Positions 50,790 through 60,196 of a DNA stretch of 64,000 nucleotides are shown in pieces. Every line of letters begins with the position of its first letter. The first letter of the stretch is position 1. The notes beneath the pieces were generated by a model, which ran no database searches, was not told the origin of the DNA, and saw only the letters and a list, made by a program, of their open reading frames with translations. The translations under genes were made by a program, and so were the position numbers. The stretch is from Candidatus Bathyarchaeota archaeon (lineage in GTDB: Archaea > Thermoproteota > Bathyarchaeia > 40CM-2-53-6), in the NCBI GenBank assembly GCA_963833125.1, contig CAWHWX010000016.1, forward strand, positions 192,001 through 256,000, in the 5' to 3' direction.

Positions 50790-52495
50790 TTATGTGGCCG
50801 AGCGGTCAGTGATGTAGCTGGTCAATAACCTGGCGTAAGACCTCCAGCGGTACGGCTCCGTTGCTCAGTAGCGCATCATGGAAGTCTCGTATATCGAATC
50901 GGAGTCGCTAGCCGATGCTTGGCCTCTTCCCTGAGGCGCAATATCTCTAGCTGTCCTACTTTGTATGCGAGGGCCTGGGCCGGCCACGTGATGTAACGGT
51001 CAACTTCGTTGACTATGTTGTTCTCAGCAAGCGCGGTGTTTTCGAGCATGAATGCGATAGCTTGGCTACGGGTCCACTTCTTTGCGTGCATTCCAGTGTC
51101 CACGACAAGACGACAGGCACGCCACGCATCGAAGGATAAGACACCGATCCTATCGAGGTCTGATGAGTACAGGCCCATCTCATCAGCGAGACGCTCCGGC
51201 TACAGACCCCAGCCTTCGATAAATGCGGTGACGCCACCGAATTTGCGGAAGTCTGGAATTCCCTCTAGCTCTTGGGCGATGGCAATTTGTAGATGGTGGC
51301 CTGGGATTGACTCGTGATAGGCTAGGGCTTCTGCCTCATAGCGCGGCCTAGTTTCAGGTGCGTACGTGTTGATGTAGTACGTCCCGGGTCGCGAAGAGTC
51401 TGCAGCGGGCTGCCGGTAATATGCGATCGTTGAATGCTTCTCCTCATGATCTCCCATTCGCACGACTTCACAATTCGCTTTGGGAAGCCGTCCGAACCAC
51501 TTGGGGATAACTGACTTCGACCGTGCCAGAGCTGTTCGTGCCTTTTCCTCAACTTGGTCTCGTGTGGCGAAGTAGAGCGAGGGGTCTGTCCGAAGACGTG
51601 TTAAGGTTTCCTTCAGACTATCGGTACCAAGCACTTTCTTGCCAAGCATCTGCATTTCAGATTTAATTCGAGATACTTCACGAAGGCCAGTCTCATGCAG
51701 CTCATCGGGAGATAATTCGAGAGAAGTGTGGAGCCTGACAAGGCGTCTGTAGCATTCTGCACCCTCTGGCAGGTGTCCTATTCCTGGAAGTTCTTGGGAT
51801 CGAGCTTGAGGTAAGACTTCGGTCTGCAGAAATTGTAGGTATGACTTGAAGGCTGGCCGAACGAAATCTATCACAGCATCCGTTAAGCCATGTTGAAAGT
51901 CAGCCCTTTCCTTTTCTGACCAATCTTCATGCCGGACGCTTAATGGTCGCAGCAGTGACCATTCTGTGTCGGGTTTTGCAAGCAAATCCTTGATTTCGCC
52001 AATCGCCTTTTCGACACATATGCCAACGGCCACCCTATTCTCTCTAAGGCCTTGCCTCAGATTGTTCGTGTGATCGAGCAGGTACTGTCCCATAGCACGC
52101 CAGCGAGCAACTATAGCCGTACCCTCTGAGGGTGTCCGAACGGGTTGGTAGGATTCGATGTTGAGGAATTCGACCTGTGGACCGTTTAGAGGGTCTACCG
52201 TCCATTCCTCCAGGTGGCATGCTAAGTAGTCGAGTTGGCTTCGAAGGTCGAAAAGCAGCGCGGCCCTCGTTACTCTGTCTGCCAGAGCCAATTTCTCTTC
52301 AGGGATCTTGAATGTACGATCTAAGATGGATTGGTATTCCTTCTCGATCCGTTCTCTCGCACTCCGCGTCACGTCCGGTAGTTTGTCGTCGAAGTGCCTG
52401 TCTCCCAGCGAAGTCGCAAACAGTGGTTCGTTAGCTATGAGTCTCTGCCAGTAATCACTTGCAAGGGCTGCCAGCGATTTCGACGTTTCAGACAT
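50790..52495 (-). CDS. DUF885-family protein (frameshifted)
   Basis: [47 protein letters not shown]. Confidence 0.88.
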
Positions 52496-52602
52496 AGACT
52501 CTGAATGTTGCTCACGTATTCAAAGGAGTTTAGTCGCGCGACGTTCGAGTGAGGTTAACGAAGTTTATTATCTAAACGTAAGACTAAGTGCACTGAAAAT
52601 GT

Positions 52603-52745
52603 GGGCCGGTAGTTCAGTTGGTCAGAGGACGCATAGTCTGGCTCGAACGTTGCCCTTACACGGCAAAGGTCGCCGGTTCAAATCCGGTGTGTTGACGGAA
52701 CGGACGAGTCCGTGACACCTGGTGAAATTCCGGTCCGGCCCACCA
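52603..52745 (+). tRNA. tRNA-Val(TAC) with two introns (22/23: 52626-52645; 59/60: 52683-52728)
   Basis: GGGCCGG/CCGGCCC-A-CCA, TTGCC-CT-TAC-AC-GGCAA anticodon arm, BHB motifs at both introns; TATA TTTATTAT at 52564. Confidence 0.88.
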
Positions 52746-53125
52746 ATTCAGACATCGCAGCACACGCCCTCCACCTACAAAGAGAAGGTTACAGGCAGTC
52801 AACAATTGAAAGCCAAGTCAGCTCCATGAAAACCATAACCCGACACTCAAACATCTACAACCCTGAATCCGTCAAAAACTACCTAGCTAGATTACAGGTG
52901 ACAGAGGCCAGAAAAGAGGCACTCGTAATCTGTCTAAACAGATTCTACCGCTGGAAAAATATCCAATGGGTCCCGCCTCGCTACCGTAGGGTAGAAAAAA
53001 TTCCGTTCATTCCTCTTGAATCAGAAGTTGACCAATTAATTGCAGGGTTCCGTAGCCGTACCGTAACATGCTTCCTCCAACTGCTCAAGGAAACCGGCGC
53101 ACGCCCAGGAGAAGCATGGCAACAC
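52730..53125 (+). pseudogene. Truncated tyrosine recombinase/integrase in frame with the tRNA-Val 3' end
   Basis: Frame IPVRPT (tRNA 3' end)...EGYRQSTI...PESVK..L...IPFIPLESEVDQLI...LKETGARPGEA, then lost; no HxxR or catalytic Tyr. Confidence 0.8.
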
Positions 53126-53262
53126 CTCGCCCTGATTTTTCTTCGCTCTCCACCACTGAAGTCAATCGCAACCATAAGTTGTTGATCCTGAATCAGAACG
53201 TTAGTAGGAAGTGAATCGTGAAACCCTAAATAGCGTTAGCCCGACTTCTAATTTGGTTTGAT

Positions 53263-53688
53263 TTGCGTCGGCTACAAGTCGCGGGTTTAGCAGTCTTAGT
53301 TCTGCTTATGATCTCATCCCTAGTTGTCATAGGTCGAGCCGACCCCGATACCGTTAGTCCTAGCTCTCCAATTGCAGGACAACCCTTCACCGTAAACACG
53401 ACCGATGCTGGCACGGTTACCATCTATACAGGGGCGAACCTTTGTGCGGCGACCGCCGTAGTCGCTACTGGTACTGCTCCTAACCCTAGTTTCACGCTCG
53501 CCGCTGGTGGTTACCACGCAGTGGACGGTGATGGTGACTGCATCGGCTTCAACGTCATACCCGCAGTTACAAGCACAACAACGACCACTTCCACACCAAT
53601 TCCTGAATACCCATTAGGACTAGCATTACTCGGAATCGTCATGATACTCGCATACGGCTTAGTTAGACGCAGAACAAGAAACCAGTAA
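53263..53688 (+). CDS. Small secreted protein with IPEYP-TM-RRR tail
   Basis: Signal peptide, Thr-rich linker, IPEYPLGLALLGIVMILAYGLVRRR; paralogous to 47125-47695. Confidence 0.75.
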   Translation: MRRLQVAGLAVLVLLMISSLVVIGRADPDTVSPSSPIAGQPFTVNTTDAGTVTIYTGANLCAATAVVATGTAPNPSFTLAAGGYHAVDGDGDCIGFNVIPAVTSTTTTTSTPIPEYPLGLALLGIVMILAYGLVRRRTRNQ

Positions 53689-53744
53689 AACGGTTGTATC
53701 CCAAAAAGGAATGGATCACGGAAAGCATAGAGTTCAGGCAGGCT

Positions 53745-53831
53745 TCATCGGTCTTCCCAACTTGCTTCCAATCTGCCCCCAGCCTGCTTCCAACGTCTTT
53801 CCAACTTCGCCTTAACCTTGCGCTTCTTCAC
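53745..53831 (-). CDS. Possible 28-aa basic peptide
   Basis: MKKRKVKAKLERRWKQAGGRLEASWEDR; GAGGTGA RBS and TTATATA upstream. Confidence 0.35.
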   Translation of the reverse strand: MKKRKVKAKLERRWKQAGGRLEASWEDR

Positions 53832-54013
53832 CAACCGAACTCACCTCTCAAATCCTATTGCTGGTCTCTGCAACGCTCAAGTATATAACAGAACTTGGAG
53901 AAAAAGGGAAAAAGATCGGAAGTTCCGCATTTCCACCAAACCAATGAATCAAATTAGCATAACGAACAAGAAAGAGTGGAAATGAGAGTGGATACCTAGT
54001 CTTGCCTTAGACG

Positions 54014-54382
54014 TTGCCTCGCATGAACAGGGAGCTAGGGTGGTATGCGTTATATCGTTGGAGCGGAATGCCGCTTTGGCAACGTAGGTTCGTGGAGGTT
54101 GATGCACGTGAGTTATCTTGTAGAGGGGGTGAGATTACGTCTACTGAGAAGAGGGACCCACAAAAAGATTTGATGAAACTGCTTGCGTACACGTCGCTGA
54201 CGAATTTTTGGACAAATTTAGCGGCGATGCCAGCAATGACTGAGGAGGAAGCTAGAGGGCTTTTGCGGCTCCAAAATGCGGTCATAAAGGAATTCGAGAA
54301 GACTCTTTCGTGGTACTTAGATTCCTCTACGATGGAGGAGTTCGCTGAGTTCGTAACCGCGAACAAAGTTTGGGCAGATTGA
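54014..54382 (+). CDS. Hypothetical protein
   Basis: 122-aa ORF, helical acidic C-terminal half; no family recognised. Confidence 0.45.
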   Translation: MPRMNRELGWYALYRWSGMPLWQRRFVEVDARELSCRGGEITSTEKRDPQKDLMKLLAYTSLTNFWTNLAAMPAMTEEEARGLLRLQNAVIKEFEKTLSWYLDSSTMEEFAEFVTANKVWAD

Positions 54383-54598
54383 GAATGAATTAGGGAGACG
54401 ACTTACCGTAAAAGAAGCGAAATCCAATCGCCCTTCTCCTCTTTTCGAATAACAAACAGCGAGCCCCGTGATCGCACAAAACTCATGCTTGGGGTTGTCA
54501 CGATGTTAAGTATGCTATGACTTCTGAAAGTGACTTTTATCAAATTGGTTGAAGACGAGAAAACGTTTCCAATGTGTGCACACTAACGGAACCTCAAG

Positions 54599-56082
54599 CT
54601 AGAAGAGTTTGTCTTTGTCGAGCATCAGCTCTGACTCGGAATATCTATGCCCGTACATTCTCTTGATCACTAGAAATCGCCTCGATCTCTCCTTGAGTTC
54701 TTTCTCGTAGATTTCGATAACCCCATCGAACACATCGATGAGCGTCTGAGTTTCCTCGCTGGCACCTACGAGGGGGTTGAGAAAAGCGAGGACCGTAAAG
54801 CCCTCGGCCTTGCGTCTAGCAATGAAGTCGGACAACCACTTTCTGGCTGTTAATGCCTTGTGGTGGAGTAGGATGTCTGTGAGGAGATCAAGTATGAGTA
54901 ATCTGTTGCCTGTTCCCTGCTTTACGCGCGTCTCTATGGTCTTTGTTAATGCTATGTTGAGGTCGCTTAGATTCTCAATGCCTGGAACCTTGTACAAGTT
55001 TGCGGGCGGGGACGGTATCTTGTCGGCCTGTGGGCTGAGCGCATAGAAATCCTTCCAGTACGTGTTGACCATGTCTTGAATTCTGCTCGGATCGTTCGAC
55101 AAGTAAAATGTCGGCATTCCGGCTGACACGGCTGAGGCGATAATCTTTCGCAACAGTAGGTCTTTCTCGTCGCACGGTGGGGAGAGCACAAGGACTGCAA
55201 AACCCTTAGGCAAGCCTCCGACCAACAGGTTGTCCAGGTCCCCGTACCCAGTCGAAAGCCCCTCAACAGCAGGAGGTTTGGGAGCTAGCTTCACTAGCTC
55301 AGGCTTTTCGGGAGCTACGTTAGGCTTCTCTATGGTAACAGTCTCCGGACTTTTCGTCGATGGTTTCTTTCGCTTCGTAAGAAACACGAGGACCCTGCGA
55401 TTGCGATCAAGGCAACTACGGCAACTGCCCCTATGGTGCCGAAGTCACTGACTGCGCCGACCGACGCAACTGGTGAAGCCACAGACGAACTCGTCGCCGC
55501 AGATGTAGCAAGAGCAATAGTAGTTGCAGTCGTGCTGGAGCTTGAAGTTGAACTTGAACTGAAGCTCGAACTAGAATTTGGGGTAACGCTTGTTGCACTT
55601 GTCGGGCTTGATGAGCTTGTCGTGCCGTTGGTCAAAATTGTAGACGCTGGAAAACTAAGCACGGCAGTTGCATAACCAGATGAGAGATTAGTAGGTCCAC
55701 TGACGTAAATGAAAACGAAGTAATAGGTTCCATCCGCAGGGAAGGGAAGAGAAATATACCGATTATCGTAGCCGACCGAGTTCTCAGTAGAGTACAGTGG
55801 GCTCTCGGTTAGTGGAAGACGGCAATTCTGAATTGAATTAAGTTGGTCTAGCGTGAGAATATAGAAGTTCATCTGGGCATTTGACCCGAATGTTCCCATA
55901 ACCTCTTTTCCCTTTACACCTGAGAAAGCTAACGTACTCACAGTGCACTGGCCTGAGGCGGGCTGGTTAAGCGTAATTGTCGTCGTTGCGGAGGATGATT
56001 GACTGCTCGCATTTGGGAGGGAGAGAAGTGAGAAGCATAGTGCTGCAAACAAAATACTGGCAACAAGTATTCGGTGATTCAC
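54599..56082 (-). CDS. Single-pass membrane protein: extracellular domain, S/T linker, TM and inactive KaiC/RAD55-like ATPase (frameshift near 55394)
   Basis: One extra G in a GGG run joins ...IAIAG to VLVFLTKRKK; STGYGDLDNLLVGGLP, degenerate Walker A SPPCDEKD, FDGVIEI, IKRMYG. Confidence 0.75.
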
Positions 56083-56483
56083 CTAAACATCCGCCTTGAT
56101 TTTCTCTGATATCTAAACGATTTCGGTTTCCAACACTGTCTCAGTTAACCCAACGACTGCAATTACCGTTACCATCGATGCGTCTGCCTCCACAACCAAA
56201 CCCGAAAGACAACCGATTCATACGTTCTTAAGTGTTTGCAGATGTCCACGCTTAACTCCGTCGTTGGACCGCAGACCTAGCACACGAAGTTACTCTAACT
56301 TCGTTTTAATTCGAATTTCTAGAACCCTACCTAATCTCTGATATCCTCTGTACAATGCGGTTAAAGTTCATTGACGACTGAAGATAAGAAAGACGTTACA
56401 AAGTCGGAAGGAGCGTCCGTAGCACAACGAAGCGGTGCGAAAGACGAAGGGTCTTCTTTTTGTTTTCTGTTCGGAATTAATAG

Positions 56484-56529
56484 GGGGTGGATCCACCCCT
56501 CGAGGGGTGGCGCCAAACGGTGCCAAACG
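56484..56529. repeat. Overlapping GC-rich palindromes/hairpins
   Basis: GGGGTGGATCCACCCC (56484-56499), CCACCCCTCGAGGGGTGG (56493-56510), GGCGCC-AAAC-GGTGCC. Confidence 0.7.
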
Positions 56530-56663
56530 AAGATAACCCGCGCCTCATTTTACGCCTCAATCCCCCCATACGAAGCAGTTTGCAGCAGCAACCAACAAGT
56601 TGACGTTACCAGGGCTGATTACTCTTAAATTCTGGGCGTTAGGCCAGTTGGCTGGGTTGGTCG

Positions 56664-57530
56664 GTGCTGAGGAGCAAGCAAGTTCTATGCCCCCTCTTAC
56701 TCCTCCTAGGCCTAGGGCTGATCACACCGGTTCACGGCACACCAAGCCTCTCCCTAGATGGTGCAGGTTCAAACTCTTGCTTTGGCTTTGGCCCTATTTC
56801 ATGTTCTGTGGCGCCATTCGGAACCAGCAATCCGAATGACGTGATAATTGTCTTCGCAACCAGCCCTACTACGTCAGTCTCCTTCATCACACCGACTGAT
56901 AGTCAAGGGCATCTGAGTTTTGCGCTGAGAAAAACATTCACCGCCAGCGTAACGGACAGTGAATGGTGGGGTATAGCAACCTCAGCCCTTTCAGGGGACA
57001 CCATCACCGTCACCACAACGGGCACAGCGGGCTTCGGTATGGTGGTGTGGGGCATAAGTGGAGCCAACACTGCAAGTCCATTTGATCCTTCGTCAGGAGT
57101 TCCGGCAACAAACAGCGGCACCCCCTCCACGTGTGTTGTTTCCTCGTGCTCTGTCACGGTAGCGGTATCGGTTTCAACTTCGAATGGTAACGATATGATA
57201 CTCGGTCTAGGAGGCAACACGGTCAGTAATGCGTTTGGGGCTGGTTCCGGCTTTACTTTCATAGCTATTAGCTCGGTGGCTGGTGCCGAGTTTCAGGTTG
57301 TATCTTCCGCGCAGAGTGGTCTCTCCGTCCAAATGCAGCTCAACTACCCCGTAGACACTGCTCCTCCTTGGGTTATGATTGGGGACGCCGTGCAAGCCCT
57401 AACTACGCCTCCAATACCTGAATACCCCATAGGGTTGTCGATACTATCTATGCTCCTGATCCAAGCCTACGCAGTAATCAAACGGAGAACCATAATCAAA
57501 AAGCGTACTTTCATTTTCTCGTTAGGCTAA
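56664..57530 (+). CDS. Secreted S/T/G-rich beta protein with IPEYP-TM-KRR tail
   Basis: Signal peptide, two internal beta repeats (NDVIIVF / NDMILG), IPEYPIGLSILSMLLIQAYAVIKRR. Confidence 0.78.
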   Translation: MLRSKQVLCPLLLLLGLGLITPVHGTPSLSLDGAGSNSCFGFGPISCSVAPFGTSNPNDVIIVFATSPTTSVSFITPTDSQGHLSFALRKTFTASVTDSEWWGIATSALSGDTITVTTTGTAGFGMVVWGISGANTASPFDPSSGVPATNSGTPSTCVVSSCSVTVAVSVSTSNGNDMILGLGGNTVSNAFGAGSGFTFIAISSVAGAEFQVVSSAQSGLSVQMQLNYPVDTAPPWVMIGDAVQALTTPPIPEYPIGLSILSMLLIQAYAVIKRRTIIKKRTFIFSLG

Positions 57531-57539
57531 ATTTCGTTG

Positions 57540-59159
57540 TTAGGTTGGGATGTTCTGGAACAAGTGTTGGATCTGGTGATGCGCTATTTTCAACGCTACG
57601 ATGAACACAGCTAGGGCGATACCGATGCTAATGATAACAAGTTGAGGGAGTATTGAACCGTACAGGTAAACTGAAAGAGCCAGCGGTAATACAGTGAGAA
57701 CGGAAACGCCAAGAGCCGTCCCTATTCCTAAAAGTGAGCCCCAGACGCTTACATAGCGGCTTCTAACCATTTCACGAAAATCTGGGAAAAGCGCGGCAAA
57801 GTAAACTCCCAGCGCGGATACTTCCAATACGACGAGAATGCTTACTGGCAGTAGGATTCCGTAGTAGATTCCAACCGTGTTCAACAGGAGACCGAATATT
57901 GAGAGTAGTGCGATTGCGAACGGTACTCCTAGGATTGCGGCGAAGAGGAGTTTTGCTCGCAGTAGTTGGGTTGGCGTGATTGGCGCCGCATAAAGATTCC
58001 AGACAGCAGACCCCTCTTGACCTATGCTGGTCATGGATAGTGCTCCGACGAAGATGGCGATCGGCATGAGTAACAAGAATGCGATGAACCCGAAACTTGG
58101 GGTAGCGGTTTGCTGCGAGCCTAGGGGCAGTAGTGAGATGCCTATTGAAATGGCGAGTACGAATGGTATGGCTAGGAACCTTGCCATCTCCCGCCTTCTA
58201 ATCAACGACCGAAAATCTTTCTGAACCATGGCAGATTCAGCGGCCCCGATCAATGGGATATGAAATTGTCCGGGCTGATATGCGCGGGTGCTGAGCTTGA
58301 TCGAGACTGGGACGGGGACCCAGAAGCGTGCGCGAAATCTAGCCGCCAACCCGAACAAGGCTACGGCGAAGACGAGGGAGAGGCCGGAGAAGAGAAGGAA
58401 GCTGGACAGGTTTGCTTGTGCAGCTCCTAGTACCGCGAGTGTTGGCCAGACGACGGGGATGAACCAAGCTGAAACTGCTGCCTGCATCACGCTCTGAAGA
58501 AGATAACCAACCACGAAGCCGCTGAAGAGTAGTTGAATGAAAACTAGCAGGATTACTGTTGCAAGCAGGCGAAAGATTATTCCCGATCGGCCGCTTTTCT
58601 TGTAGAAGCTTGAGGAGATTCTGTTGGTTGTGGCGTCGAGAATCTCTACGATAGCGGCTCCCGCGAAGAGGGCGACTACGGCCATGAATGCAGCCGCGAT
58701 CCAAACCGAACCCATGCCTAGTGCGAGTGCTGGTCCCAGCACGACGCCGAGAGCGAGGCACAAAACGAACGAGTAGATGTATGACTCGGAGATTGTGGAG
58801 CCGCCGACGTACTCCATTGGTGTGATTGGTAGCCAGTTCACGAGGTCTGTGTTCATGGATTGGATGGGTTGGCTTATCTCGTAAAGGACTCCGAAAAGTA
58901 TGGCCATGAACATGATCGCTGACGGTATACCGGCGAGCAGTTCGGGTTCGATTGGCTTCAAGAAGTCTAGCAAGCCCTGGCCGGTTGTCGAAAGCAGAGC
59001 GTAGCCTAGGCCTCCCAATCCGAATAGCAATGCGATGTCGACTGGGAGGATGATTCGGGGTTCGCCGAAGACTCGGGCGAAGAACTTGTTGCGTTGTGTG
59101 CCTCGGATCTGTGACCTAGTGAGGACGACGGCGAGAGAATAGACCGCCCTTAGGTTCAA
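57540..59159 (-). CDS. ABC-2 type exporter permease
   Basis: About 14 TM helices, WLPI and APIT motifs, KDFRSLIR; adjacent to ABC ATPase. Confidence 0.82.
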   Translation of the reverse strand: MNLRAVYSLAVVLTRSQIRGTQRNKFFARVFGEPRIILPVDIALLFGLGGLGYALLSTTGQGLLDFLKPIEPELLAGIPSAIMFMAILFGVLYEISQPIQSMNTDLVNWLPITPMEYVGGSTISESYIYSFVLCLALGVVLGPALALGMGSVWIAAAFMAVVALFAGAAIVEILDATTNRISSSFYKKSGRSGIIFRLLATVILLVFIQLLFSGFVVGYLLQSVMQAAVSAWFIPVVWPTLAVLGAAQANLSSFLLFSGLSLVFAVALFGLAARFRARFWVPVPVSIKLSTRAYQPGQFHIPLIGAAESAMVQKDFRSLIRRREMARFLAIPFVLAISIGISLLPLGSQQTATPSFGFIAFLLLMPIAIFVGALSMTSIGQEGSAVWNLYAAPITPTQLLRAKLLFAAILGVPFAIALLSIFGLLLNTVGIYYGILLPVSILVVLEVSALGVYFAALFPDFREMVRSRYVSVWGSLLGIGTALGVSVLTVLPLALSVYLYGSILPQLVIISIGIALAVFIVALKIAHHQIQHLFQNIPT

Positions 59160-59923
59160 CGGGTCAATGCCTCAACGATCTCCCTCGTGTCCGATGTACC
59201 GGTTAACTTCAGGAAAACTTCTTCAAGGCTGGAACCCGCCGGTCCAGCCTTCGACCGTAATTCTTCTGCGTTTCCCTCCGCCAGTACTCGCCCATCGTAC
59301 ATGATCACTATCCGATCGCAAATCGCATCCGCTATCTCGAGGACATGTGTGCTGAAGACGGTAGGTACGCCGTCGTCCCTCAGGCGGTGAATGAGGTCCT
59401 TCACGATGCGTGCGCTGCGTGGGTCTAGGGCGTTGAGGGGTTCGTCGAGGATGAGGATTTGTGGGCGATGCAGTAGCCCTGCTATTATCGCAAGCTTCTG
59501 TTTCATTCCCTGCGAGTAACCATGAATTAATTCGTTCTCCCTACCCTCCAAATCTAGGGCCTTGAGAAATTCCGTGATTCGTTCACGCTTCACGTCCGGG
59601 CTGAGCCCGTGGACGGTTGCTACGAAGTCGAGGTACTCGATCCCCGAGAGGAATTCGTATAGTCGGGGGCTTTCCGGCACGAATCCAACTATTCTCTTTA
59701 CGCCGATCGGGTCAGCGGCAACATTCAGTCCCTGAACGGTGATGCTGCCTGCGTCGGGTTTGACGATGCCGACGATCGTCTTCATAATTGTGGACTTTCC
59801 AGAACCGTTCGGGCCAAGCAGGCCGAGGACTTGATTGCGTTCGACTGAGAAGCTAACGCCCTTAACGGCCATCAGGCCGCCGAAACTCTTCACCACATTG
59901 TCAACGCGAAGCGCTTCCAACAA
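59156..59923 (-). CDS. ABC transporter ATP-binding subunit
   Basis: GPNGSGKST, YSQGMKQK, ILDEP, STH. Confidence 0.93.
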   Translation of the reverse strand: MLEALRVDNVVKSFGGLMAVKGVSFSVERNQVLGLLGPNGSGKSTIMKTIVGIVKPDAGSITVQGLNVAADPIGVKRIVGFVPESPRLYEFLSGIEYLDFVATVHGLSPDVKRERITEFLKALDLEGRENELIHGYSQGMKQKLAIIAGLLHRPQILILDEPLNALDPRSARIVKDLIHRLRDDGVPTVFSTHVLEIADAICDRIVIMYDGRVLAEGNAEELRSKAGPAGSSLEEVFLKLTGTSDTREIVEALTR

Positions 59924-59965
59924 CCTTGCTCCTGTCTACTTTCATGGGCGTGGAACCGAAAGAGC

Positions 59966-60196
59966 TTAGAACGCGCATGAAAACCTGACGGCCAACCAGG
60001 CGAACCGTTCTTGACCGCTACCATCATACAGGAGTCCGAAGCTGGGCCCGTTTGCAACATTCCGCTCTGCGGCCGGGAGGGGGAATGGCGGGTTGACATG
60101 TTCGGTAGGGCAGAGTACTACTGCGAAAGGCATCGGCCAGGCGTGCCAGAGAAGTTCATGGAGAAAATAAGCTCCCACTAACCAGACCGCAATCAC
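59966..60196 (-). CDS. Possible small membrane protein
   Basis: Overlaps the upstream stop (GTGA), N-terminal hydrophobic segment. Confidence 0.35.
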   Translation of the reverse strand: MIAVWLVGAYFLHELLWHAWPMPFAVVLCPTEHVNPPFPLPAAERNVANGPSFGLLYDGSGQERFAWLAVRFSCAF

